Positions 51,684-64,000 of a stretch of 64,000 nt of DNA are shown here, in pieces (position 1 is the first letter of the stretch; each line of letters starts with the position of its first letter). The DNA is from Harriotta raleighana (Eukaryota): assembly GCA_050575255.1 (NCBI GenBank), contig JBNZDD010013730.1, positions 6,680,925 to 6,744,924 of the forward strand, in the 5' to 3' direction. Made by a program: the position numbers and the translations under genes. The notes under the pieces are model-generated. The model was not told where the DNA came from. It searched no databases and was given only the letters and a program-made list of their open reading frames with translations.

Positions 51684-52529
51684 AGAAGGATGCACATAAG
51701 CAAAAAGACAGCTAAGAGGCAATTAAAAAATATATATACACTGAATAATTAAACAGAAAAAAATAAAAGCTCTAAATACACAAAGAAAAAAATGAGTGAG
51801 GGAAGAAAAATTATCATTTGAGTGAGGAAAAAGGAAATCAACCTCCCAACATTCCAGCATAGTGACTGGAATAGCAATCAGGTCTGCGAAGCTTGCCTGC
51901 TCCTCCCCCCAGGGCTAGGAAATGCTAAAGGAAATTACAGGATTCCCCTTGAAATCAACACACAGCACAGAGCAGATTCACACAAGACAGTGGAGAACAT
52001 CTACAATTGTTTTCAGTGCTCTGCCACCATCAAACACTCTACCCCACACAAGGAGCGCTACATAAATGCAAGTTGTTGGGCTTGGTCTAAAATACGGTGG
52101 GGAGTGAGAGATCCTGCTAACCTGGTATTTGTCCAGCCTACGTACGTACCTACGTACCTGTCAGGGAATTATCTTGCGCGGTATGGTGCACATGTCCAAG
52201 TTTGCCTTTGATTATTGCAGAACTCGAGAGCCAGTTCAGCCCAGAGAGATGCTCGGGTCAATCTTCTTAAGTACCTTAAGAAGATATTGTTTCAAACAGC
52301 AGCAAAGGAAATGTTGCAGCATTTAAAAACTGGAGGTTAATGGGAGAGAGAAAGGCTAAACTGGACTTGAATAGAAATACTGTACAAAGATTGAGGAGAG
52401 GAAGAACAAATGGTGTTCTTTTTTAAAAAAAAAGGCAAGCGAGATGGATAAATGGCTTGTTCCTGTCTGAAATTGTTACTATACAGTACAACAAAACAGG
52501 GTGAAAAGAGAAAAATGGAACATTAAAAA

Positions 52530-52830
52530 GTAAGAATAAGATAAGTATTTATGGAATGCCTTTCACATACAGTGACAACTTAAAATGCTTCACAGAAACT
52601 GTGCTGGACACCAAGCTGGGAGGGAGGGTGGGCAAAGAGAAGTGGGAGGAAAGAGGTGTCCACAAGCACAGTCAACGAGGTATGTTATCAAGAAGCGTTT
52701 AAAGATAATAGGAGAGGGGTCAAGGCAGGGAGATTAAGGGAGAATGGGGGGGTGGGGGGAGGGGACTTCCAGAGGTTAGCAGCTTTGTTGTTGAAGTCTT
52801 GGCGACCAGTGGTAGACAGAGAGGGATGAA
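52530..52830 (-). mobile_element. Old L2-like 3' fragment
   Basis: tatttatggaatgcctttcac...gacttccagaggttagcagc shows weak similarity to other L2 ends. Confidence 0.5.
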
Positions 52831-55800
52831 AGATGGTCCAACGGGGACAGATTTGTCAAGCGGAAGGGATAGGCGAGCGAGTGAGGCAAGAGCAGATTAT
52901 TTTTAGCCAAGAACATCCTGGGGTGAAGGCTATGATGACCAAGAACTGATAAACTAAAGAATAACGATGTAAGGGACAATGTCTGATACTTTGATACACC
53001 TCACAACAATACCGAATAACTATCTGATTCTACAAATCCACAATCAAATTTTAGTCTTGCAAAGTCTCAAACGCACATATACATAACACTTTCTATCACA
53101 ATGTAATATTGTTGTTTCTCTCTTCCTCCCCCACCCCATAATCAATACATTCTCCCTTTCTCACACCAAACCCTTATGTTACCCTCACAAATGAACTAAG
53201 GATTATATAATTTAACTGAGGGTCTGGTCTGTGTTTGTATTGTTAAATCAATACAATCTTTAAATCAGAAATCACTCCCTCTGAATGAACCATAAATAAT
53301 ATAAAAAAACAAACCCAGGAGTCATAAAGTTAAATGGAACCATAAAGTAAAATTTTAGTACCATATTTACATTGATTCCTGCCATGCCAAATATGACACT
53401 TTATAATACCAGTCCTGATATTATTTGTTCTTGTTTTGGCAGATATAGAGTAATATCAAATTGTTAGATACTACACCTCCATTTAGTATTGGCCTACACT
53501 ATATAACCAACAACAGTGAACGTAAGAATTGATTTGAAATGATTTTACAGGCTATCACATTAATTAGTACTAATTAGCCATTACTCCTATCCTCAATCTT
53601 ACATTTACTATTCTCAGTAATCTCCTGGGAATATCTTTTGATTAAGAGAGCATTATTTTGATAATTTAGGCTCAAGTATTGAATCTAGTGGGCAAGTATG
53701 TGCTGATTTTTCTCTGTACTAACCAACATTTATATTGATCTAACAATTGCAATACATTTGCTCCCAACTCCTGCGACACATCTAATATGAGAACTTCTTG
53801 CTTGTCCTCCAGCACTGAAATACATCAAGAAATTACATTGAAATCTTTACTTCTGTTACTGCTCAATGCACCAAAGCAATAATATTTCAGATTGGCTTTG
53901 TTGATATTGCAACTCAGGTGGAAAATAGATTTGTGAAGGGAAGGCACTAAGATATATCTATCTATTCAGTTACCTTTCAATTTTTAAAAAACTTTTTGGT
54001 CATACAGTAGCTTTGAAAATGTAACCAAATTGACTGCAGAATACAAATGACCAAAGTGTCAATTTCCTTTGTGTCAAAGAATTGTTTTCAATTTTTTCAG
54101 TGCAATAGCGAACATTTTCTGCAGCGGATCACTGGAGCAGGATGATAGATTACTCCATTTAACTATTTCATTGTAAACTTTTCAGACATTATAGAGAAAA
54201 ATAGGTCTCCTACTGATTTAAATCTACTGGCAGGCAGTAACCATTCAAAATGCCCCAAGTTACTATGATTCTGAGCTACAATTACTGTCGGAATTACTTA
54301 TCATATTTTCCCTCAGTGATTTTGCCACTGGGCAGTATAAAATTCAGTCCCATTGCAGCATCAAATTACAGTGAAAAAGAGAGTGTGATGGCTTTAATAA
54401 ACAAAAATGCAACCATTACATTCTGTTTCAACAATGATGGGTGAGTAATAGGTGGTATAATTTAGATGTGCATTTTACATCATCAAATTCTACTTTGCTG
54501 GCACCTTCCAGGCTCCATCTAACAGTTTCACAGGCATCAATCAAGTCGTCATGTGTCGGATATATCCAGAGGGTTATAGTTACATTAATGAAGAGAGCAG
54601 ATAGACAAATCAATTTCTCGAAAAGTTGAATGACAATAAGATGAACACAATCAAGTTGTGCGAGTTTGCTATTTTCCCAAAGGTTCTCTATGTTACAAAC
54701 TATGAACAGAAGAAAGTCACCTTTCTCGAGGATTGTTATTTATCATCATCATCAGAAATGCATAAATATGCATGTAAAGGGGGTGTTTGAGTGGAATGAG
54801 TTTTTATAGCTGCCTGGTAGGAGGCCTCAGGCTGAAAATGTATCCAATGACTTTTATTCTATATCTACACAGCACTCTAGAACAAAATATAAGCACGCAC
54901 ATTGAACTATTAAATAAACAAAAAAATTCAATTGAAATGCAATCATGAGTGAACTGGTATGTGACCACACCAATCACCCAGGGATCTGTAATGGTTTTCT
55001 GCTGTTCTTATAAAACATTGATGGAAGTAGGAATGTGATGAACCAGTTGGAAGATCCTGGCATCAGGATACAACAAACAAATTGGATTTATCCCTTATCA
55101 GACTCCCCAGTGCATATGAAGTTTTACCTCAGCTTGTCTGCTCCTTCCAGAGCCTTGAAGCTGAACTCTTTGGTGTCAGGTTTCATAAGAGACCAGATTG
55201 TGTAAGAAGGAAAGAGAAGTGGCATCATTTAAAACTGACCAAGTCATGCATTTTCAACATTTTTAAGCCTGCAGAGGTTATGTCCGAAGATATAAAGATA
55301 TAAATGCATTGTTCTAAATGCACAAAATTCCATATTTTAATTCAGTCTATTGAGACTGTATCATCATCTTGAGATACATTGAAACATGGTTTGTGTCACC
55401 AGCTTGTGTATAGGAAGAACTCGAAACTAAGGGATTCATAATAGAATTTTAAAAAGGTTTTAATGAGTTTCTGACCAGGCTAAACCAACCCCACAAGAGG
55501 ATTTGTTTCTGCAAAATTTCCTACAACAGAAATGCAGCTGAAAAATCTTTAATTTTCATTATTCTCTAATCTTCCCTAGTGTTGCACGCACCACAATATG
55601 CTGTGTAAGAATAGAAAATGCCGGTTTAAAAGTATACACCATGAAATACCACGCTGTACATTGATATGGCAAGTTTCCCGTATACACATTCCCTTCTGCT
55701 CGTCAGACTAGATCCAGTCTGATGCATCACATTGCATGGTTGACCAATTGAGCATATCCTACTTCTACTACAACACGCTGATCGTGAAGATACGCTGACT

Positions 55801-56964
55801 GATATTCATACCCACCAAATCCACCAGAGAGTTATATCAGATGAGACTTGCAGCTGTTTTCTCCCATTTGACTGTCATGTACTCTCTTTACTGGTTGAGT
55901 TCTATCTTGGTGGCAATACCATTTTGAAGCATCCTATGCAATGAGACTTCAGAGATGAAAAAGGCCCTTTAGCTAATTAATCACATCCTTCCAAGATACC
56001 CACACTATCATTGCATTACAGCATCAAACTGTTTCTAATTAAGCATTTTGACCTCTACCACAGTTTCTGATAACCTGTTTTTAATTACCTTCTGGGCAAA
56101 TAAATACTTCTTACTTGCCCTTTAAAATGTTAAACCTCTTCTGCCTTGAACTATATTAGGATGATTCCAACTGGAATCCATTTTGGATAGATGCTGGCAG
56201 CATTTTTTATATACAGTAATCTAAGAACTTTGTATTATGTTGGTAGATTTAAACCTTATTTAAATACTTATTACACAACCAATTTGGTGATTACTATTTA
56301 TTTTGTTTATCTTGTTTTGTTTACAAATCAAAAAAATACTGATGCAGTTAAAGTAACATATTCATGTTTTATGTCACAGGATGAACTTTATTCTGTTCTG
56401 GCCAAAGGGAGGAAGATTAATTTTTATTCCTGCAAAAAATAATCTCAGTTTCTTGCGTGAAAAAATATGTATTATAGCTTTATTAAACTAGCTCACTCAC
56501 AGTAGAATCTTTGCAAAATTAAACACATTACTTGGATTATTCTCTTAAATAGCAATTTCCTATTCATATTATCATTTCTTGCCAATGCACCATTACTTGG
56601 CCATCGATTGATATGAATCTGAATCATTTTGATATTAATGTTATTTTCCATGTGGGATTCAGAATTCCACAACCAAGTGCAAGGAAAAATACTAGAAATT
56701 CCCTCAAATACAAATTTTTAGCAACAATTGACAACATTTATAAATTCAAATAGAAAACTTCCAACGCTGTGTGCAATAATGGTGTCTGCAAATGTGTTGC
56801 AAGGAAGGAATCAGAATTGAATGGATTTCTTTTCTTGTAGTGAAACATGACTACAGCTATCTTATGTGAAACACCTTGTGCCAAAATCTCTTATGGTCTC
56901 AATGTCATGCTTTGCCATATCTCGGTAAATAAATTGCCACAAGCTTTCCTGGTCACTGAGATTA

Positions 56965-57076
56965 AGGTGATATTTTGCTGGTCGGTAAATCTATTGACCT
57001 TGGCAGAAAGAGCTAGAGCTCTCTAGCTCTCCCCTCACCATGGTCGATAAATTTACCGCCCAGTAGAGAATCGCCT
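56965..57076. repeat. Imperfect 112-bp palindrome (MITE-like relic)
   Basis: 39-bp outer arms match at about 30/39; the centre agagctagag-ct-ctctagctct is a perfect 10-bp stem. Confidence 0.8.
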
Positions 57077-58231
57077 CATATATCTGATTTTGTTTAACAG
57101 GAGAAGCACCATGCATAACTGCGAGTATTTCAATCATTAATTATAATGAATTTTGTATTATAAGAGCACATTGATAAGATTCGCTCCACTCTGCATAAAG
57201 AACCTCTTTGTTGATAATGAGAGTTACTGAGGTAGAAGGAAAGAGACCATGGAGGAGGCAACCTTTATAGCATATCAACCATCCCAGATTTAGATCTTGG
57301 CTCAATCATTACTTCAGATTGAATAAACAGATTGTAAATACTTACATCAAAATGGCAATCATAGTCATCCAGCAATGAGAGACTGCAATTATTTCTACAC
57401 ATTAAAGTGCCACGTCTAGAAAATTTGCATTTTATTTCATAATACAACATTTTGATACTAATGATTTGAATGACTCCAAATGCATCATTAGCATCATAAG
57501 CTGCAATCTTTCCTTCTTTCTCTTCGAAGAAGAAGTAACTATAAAAATTTAAATGACCACATCCATCAGTATAATTAATGACATTTTCTCCCACCATGTT
57601 TGTGATTAAAGTACCCTCTAGGCTGTTCCTGTCAACGTATTTCAAAGATAAATGTTGGAAAAGATGGAGTCTTGTTCTCAATGAGTTTATTTCACATTCA
57701 AATCACAGCATGAATGCTATTACAAATCCATATGCGATCGTTCTCCACAGACTGAAGAGACCTAATTTAAGACCCTGGTGAAATAATGCAATCTAAATCT
57801 GCTAAACAAGTCGCCTGCTTGTGTTCCTGCTTAGCATGCACTGGTTGTTCTGCTCTGCATGCTGCATGTAGCATATATTGCCGTTGGCTGAGCACTATTC
57901 TGCTCCTGTTGGTGTGTTTTGCATATTTGGCCTTGTGCGCTTCAAAATAAACTCTACTACAGGTTTACATGTATGATTTACTTCTACATTTGTACTGTCA
58001 TCTGATTTGCATGTAAAACTCGCATCCGTTATTTAAAAGAACTTTTGAAAATTAATAATTGAATAAAAATAAATAAAGAGGTTAAAAACATGACAAATTT
58101 ATGGAAGTTACCAAATGAAGTAGTTGCTCATTCGCTAAACTGCCCTGTAAACAGAATAGAAGAGCAAGATATCCTTTCCTGTATATTTGATTTCTTAGTT
58201 AGATTCTTGGTTTGTCAATACCTCAAGAACA

Positions 58232-58470
58232 AACTTGCATTTTATAGCAATTTATTGTGTTGAAATTTACCACAAAGCAAATGACTGTCAAGCGATTGCT
58301 GCCAATTTTACAGACAAGCCCAGCAGTCATTTGGACCTCTAAGGTTCTCCCAACACCCTTGAAATGAATGACCAATTAATCTGGAAGATTGCTGGTCAGC
58401 ACATCAGGAGTCTGATGTGCTGTCTCTTTTCAGTTAGTGACATGGGATCTTAACAGTCACCTGAGCATAG
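58232..58470 (-). mobile_element. Old DeuSINE-like fragment
   Basis: aacttgcattttatagc...gctgccaattt...aaatgaatgaccaatta...catgggatcttaacagtcacctgag. Confidence 0.55.
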
Positions 58471-59919
58471 ACAGACTGTATCCCAGTTGCATAGGCATGC
58501 AATAAAAAATTGATGCATACTACAACATTGACAGTTGCTAGTTGGGTAAACTTTGCCAATGGCAGTGAATGTGACAAGAGAACTTATATGGCTCATTTCA
58601 AACTCTGCTAGGCATCCGCCAGACAATTATATCGGTATTCAGATGAAATACTGCAGAGACATAAATTGCCTCTGCCACAGAGAAAATATGTGTGACCAGT
58701 GCCAGATTAAGGAATCGGGGAGCCCTATAACAGATCACATTTGGGGGTTCTTTGGACTATCTATGCAATATATGCAAAAATATGTTTAGAAAACTTTTTT
58801 GCATGACTTTATAGTTGCAAACATTCAACTTCATGATCAAAGAAAGCTTTGTGTAGCTGTCAAATTGTGCTCAATAACATAATTGTAAATGCACTCAATC
58901 TATCCTGATCTGAGTGAGGTTATGATGAGATTCATCTTCGAGATGAGCGGGCACATTCACAGACCGTTACTGGTAGTGTGAAGAATATACAGAGAGCAAC
59001 TGCCACATTTGGAAATATTGATTCCAGCAAGTGATTCTGTCTCATATACATAAGCATTCCTCCCACAAAGTGAGTTTTCTCACCCTTATTATATGCTCCC
59101 AAATCCAGCAAGTGTTACGAATTCATCAACGCGACTCCAGTGCTTGCTGGTGAGTGTACATTTGGTGATGGATCAAAACACGTTGAATCGTGGGAAACGT
59201 GGTCTTGGCCCATCAAGGTTTGCACACTCGCTGGTTGCAATGACGAACTACCGTGCGTGCTCTCACTAACTGCATCTAATCACACATACACAGTGTAAAT
59301 TATTGATTAAATCAAATTTTATACAACTGCCACAGCTTGCCAGTAAATTGGACTTTGCGTAAATCACAATAAATGTTATCGTTCAGACTGACACAATTTA
59401 TATGAGTTTTGCTGCACCTGCTGGCCCGTTCAAGCAGTGCAAGTTTACTGATCTGAGAAACAATTAGGATCTTGATACTGCAACCATGTTGGAGAATCTT
59501 TTATATGGTTCAAGTGGCACTTCAGGTGTTTTGATTCATTTCATGTTGTACCGTGGTGTAGTCCTCAGTAGTTTTGTCAAGTGTTCGTGTCGTGTATTAG
59601 ACACAACTTCATTACCTACCATGGGATTTTAATCGACTCTCTGGAGGAGAGATTAGAAGATTATTGTTTACCGACAGCTGGGCTCCATGTTGTTTTTGTG
59701 TACATCTGTCACTAAACAGGTCCAAGACCTTCAGAACAGATGCAATCAAATAGCATTTTAATTACGAGTCACAAATTGACTTCTTTAAAACATAATTAAC
59801 CTCAGTACCTTTGCCACTGATTGCGACCAGTTATATGAATAATGAAAAGTACCCCCAATGAGTGAATTCATTACCTCAGATTCATTTTTCCTTGAAACTG
59901 GGTGTCTCCAAACACCAAA

Positions 59920-60050
59920 GCACTTTGTGGGACCTTGTTGTTGCAAAACACGACCATGCTACCTCCAAAGTAGTCACCACATTTAACACCACTGCAATAA
60001 CAGTGCAGTTCTTTGAAGTGTTTCAACGTGATAAGGCAATGTAATAAATA
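59920..60050 (+). mobile_element. Old Deu/L2-type tail fragment
   Basis: tttgtgggaccttgttgttgcaaaa...tttgaagtgtttcaacgtgataaggcaatgtaataaat. Confidence 0.5.
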
Positions 60051-63000
60051 CTTCATCTGAACTCCGAGAGATATGACTCGTACCTCCCGCTCCATCCCTC
60101 TTGTCTTTCAGCAGGGTTGGATGAGGCACTTGCTAAAAAAAATTGCCTTCATTCCCTCTGCAGTCTACCTTTCTGATGAACTCCACAAAGCGATAGCGTT
60201 AGGTTTTGTTTTTAAGAGTTGATACCCTATAAAGAGCAGTCAAGTTATGAACAATCTTGGGCCAATCATCACATGGGGCATAGGAATGAGTAGCTTCTAT
60301 TTTGTATCCTTGTTGACAACATTATGGAGATGAGAAATTACAATGTCGGGAATCAGAACGGAACCTTTTATCCAACTGCATCAGCTTCCCTTGTAACGTA
60401 TTTATGAGCTCCGCTTTACAATTAATTTAAACTGTATTTATAATTTCTAGCCTCTGATATCAACAAATATATATTTGTAAGAACATTTGTACAGAGGCTA
60501 GTTATAACTACAGTACTGTAGTGCACACAATTTAATAACGGTAAAAAGATTTATCAGGCATTGGACTTTCATACAGATCCTTCAACAACAACAGTGCATA
60601 ATGCTGCATGTACTTTCAAGTGTTGGGTATTCAACACTGATAAAATATTGCTCTCCACGATTTAGTATTCTGAAATGATTTTTCATTATTTGTCTAGAAG
60701 TGATACAGTCTCTGAGATTTAATATTGCGTGAGCCTGGTGCAATGCTTTCCATTATTTCATGTAGATTAAATGGAGCTTTGAACCCCTAAGCACTTCATG
60801 TTCAATCGTGAAATTGCCCTGTTGTTGCCTGAAAAGTACTTTTTCAAAATCACACAAAAAGCACCAAGTGGTAAAAAAAAAGCAATATAAGATTGAAACA
60901 ATGTATTCCTCGGGTTTCTTATAATTTAATTTTGTCATGCACTATGTGTCTCAAAATAGCAAATTTGCCCTACCAACAAGCACAAGAAAACTGCTACCCG
61001 AATGAATAAGCATTAAGCTTTTAATGCAAATTTTATGTTCAAGGAACTGAAGTGAACACGCTTTGAGAGAACAACTGTCCAAGGTGATTACTAGCATTCT
61101 TCTATAGTTATCCAGCACAAACCATCAGACTGCCACACGTGATTCTTACCTTCTGTGTGAGGGTAAACTATCTGAACAAGCACACATTTTGTTTTAGCTC
61201 AACTTCACTTTTAACTTCCTAAATTCTGTCTTAAATATTTTCAAATTCCAGGATGATGGTCAAAGGTAATGGAATTACTCAAGTGAAAGTGCACATTTTA
61301 TCTTCTTGCTTGCTCTTCCTCCCGTTTCCCCAAATACTCAGAATGGGTCAGATTAGCTCCATCCCCTCCACTTTTTTCTTAAGTACAAGAATTAGTTCAC
61401 TGGAAGTTTTAACAAGCTCCTCGCACTCCAGATAAACCCCCAAAAATCAATGATATTGGCGAACTGCTTTCTGCTCCATTCAATATATTTTGCAAAATTA
61501 CATTAGTTTTTCACAGGGACAAATCCAGAAAACATACCAAATGGGGAAGGATTCCAGTTAGCTCACATTGATGAATTTGCTACCTGGAGCACAATAACCT
61601 TTGTGCTGTACTTTCTTTTGTCAACAAACTATGATGGTCAATTTATAGAATTTTCCACGGCAGCCACAATATACATTTAAAGGCGAGCTTGGTGAGAGAC
61701 TGAGCCACACTCCCACTTTCCCAAACTGATAAAACTCATCTTAACTATGACTATGTTGTATTTGACATATTATCAGTTCTGAGTGCCATCCCTTGCCAAT
61801 TATCATCCCAATCGGACAAGCGAGAGAAAGTAGAGCGCAGATTTAATATTTCTGTTATGGTGACTTGGCATTAAATATTCACTGAAAAATATTAAATATG
61901 AAACGCTTTCACTATTTTGTATTCATACATGTGAGAAATCGTTATCTGGTTACTGAAGAGCACGTCATGTTTTGTTTAAAAAGCAATCACTGTTTTTAGC
62001 TAGAGGGAGAACAGTGAACTAACTTGGGAGGGGGAAAAAAAACGACACTGGGAGCTAATGGTATAGTGTTAGCCACATAAGTTAATTTCACAGCAGCCTT
62101 ATACAGGGATACAAAGGTTCTTGGAGAAAGACAATCAATGCCTTCATGCATCCTTCAGCTTGGCTCTGCTCAGAGGCATTTTTTCACTACCCTTCAATCA
62201 CATCATAGTGCCCTAAAGTGACCTTTGGCAGACATAAAAGTGATGATATTACAACTTTCAGAATAATAATCCAAGCAGATAAAAGGTTTCCATTACAGCA
62301 AGAAACTTTCTAAACTACAGTAATGACTTAAGGGAAGCGCAGCAACCATTTTGCACAAAGAGCTATGAACTGAAATGACCAATTTACCTGATGTCCCAGG
62401 CAAAGTGAATGTAAAGCTTGAGGGTCTCTTCTCTATGGCTTTGCTGTTTGAATGTCTACATTTATTGTGATGTTGATAGAAAAAAATAATTGCCAATGCT
62501 AAGAGGTCACGGTTATATAATTGGAAATGCTGACCATTTAAAAATGTTCTTTGAAGCTCCGTCCTTTTATCTCTCTTCTCCACATGTGCCTCCATTGGAG
62601 CTCTGCAAACAATTAACTTAATTCTATGTATCTATTTTAAAGCTTTAATTGGACATTGTTCCATAGATTTACAAGGTCCTTTACACACATTCCTATCCCC
62701 TCTTCTGAATTAAATTATACCCGGCAATGGCTTCATATTCTTTGCTATTCATCTTGAATTGCTTGTTCTTCCATTGAAAAAAAGGCGCTGAGCTGACTCA
62801 TGGTCTCATCCAAATAGTAGGAAAGCTAATTTGGCAAATCATATTGTGCAATTGCTGATCGATTCAGTGAAGAGGTTGTCATGTTATTCAAGGTTCATTC
62901 AATGAACACATCACTAATGAAGCTAAACAACCTGACTGGCAGGGCAACCTCATACAGTATAGTGAATGTAGTTGCCTAGCATAGAGGGAATGTGGGAGTT

Positions 63001-63711
63001 TGACATGTTCATACAACAGAACAAATAAAGCCATCAAACTTAATACTTGCCCGTAGGTTAAATCTTTCCGTGGCATCCCACTGAACCGTATCGTCACTAA
63101 TCATGTACTTGAACCAGAACCAAAGGCAAAAGAAAAATACGATTCATCTGAAAGTTGAAATGTTGTTTAGCCGTGCACTGTGGGAATGGGAATTACAACC
63201 AAAAGGCACCTTCCTCCATCTAAGAACAGGACAAATCTCTAGGCCTTTAAGTACCCAACTTTACACTCTCCAAATCTTTCAACTAAAACACCACCACTTG
63301 GAAAGGCAATCAAAAAGATAAAGATTTTGTTGTTTTTTATTTCTCCCTCCCATTAACTATGGAAAGCAAATTTATTTCAGTATTAAAGTACAATTTACTG
63401 TACTGTACTGTCAAACCTCCTTATAGAAAACTTGTGTACTTTACATGTGGTGACCAAAGGCACAGCCGAAGATCAGGGTCTTGAAACAAGTCCTGAAGGA
63501 GGCAAGGACGAGGGAGGCAAATGAAGTTCTTCTGCTCATACAAAGTTTTCAATGATGTAATGTTAATGCACATGCAAATTTCCTAAGATTCAATGCAGCA
63601 GATAAGTGCGGGAGTAATGCAAGGTAGGGGAGCGCCATTATGAATCAGAGGATGATTAATATGACTGATGCAAAGAAATCTAGGTGGTTTCGACCAATGG
63701 CATTCAGCTGC

Positions 63712-63776
63712 ACGTAAAGTGCTTTGAGACGTCGATAAGATGTGAAAAGCGCGATATCAAATGCAAGGAGTATTAT
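63712..63776 (+). mobile_element. SINE 3' tail fragment
   Basis: gtaaagtgctttgagacgtcgataagatgtgaaaagcgcgatatcaaatgcaaggagtattat. Confidence 0.75.
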
Positions 63777-64000
63777 GTACGACCAACTATTATATGGTTT
63801 ATAAAGATAAAATTTGCGTGTGTTTTATTGCTTTTTGGTTGTGGGAACTGGTTGAATAGTCTACTTATTGAGGCACGGAGTGGGGAGAAACATGATCCTG
63901 ACATTTATATTTCCCCACTGCCTCTAAAGATTAAAAGTTGCCACTCAGAATGAAATAATTTTCTAAAGTGAAAGGATCTGACCTCAAGGAAAGTGTTTCC

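Noticed and set aside
1625-63520. Strand bias of L2 insertions (many on minus)
   Set aside because: Plus-strand tails also exist (about 25922, 32468, 52015) and numbers are too small to test.
1-64000. CRISPR array, operon or other prokaryote-type system
   Set aside because: Spliced vertebrate gene context; no regularly spaced repeats or dense coding sequence.

Overview
AT-rich vertebrate genomic DNA. The repeat landscape (tRNA-headed Deu-type SINEs, L2 and CR1 LINEs, Penelope-like short elements) suggests a cartilaginous fish, possibly a chimaera; this is an inference. The only host gene found is the 3' part of the sialyltransferase ST6GALNAC3 on the minus strand: three GT-AG coding exons (42955-42546, 21617-21510, 20640-20451) join in frame to 708 nt and contain sialylmotifs L, S, III and VS. 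The 5' exons were not found and probably lie beyond position 64000. The rest is intron, 3' UTR or intergenic DNA with many transposon relics, and almost all other ORFs in the track are spurious. Six single-N positions flank duplicated sequence and look like unmerged haplotype overlaps from assembly. I cannot support a new protein-coding system. The most interesting signals are an apparent excess of TACAGTA/TACTGTA motifs resembling Tc1/mariner-superfamily excision scars, a perfect 32-bp-stem intronic hairpin, degenerate hammerhead-ribozyme-like cores in short retroelements, a probable heterozygous L2 insertion, and an inverted pair of MITEs.
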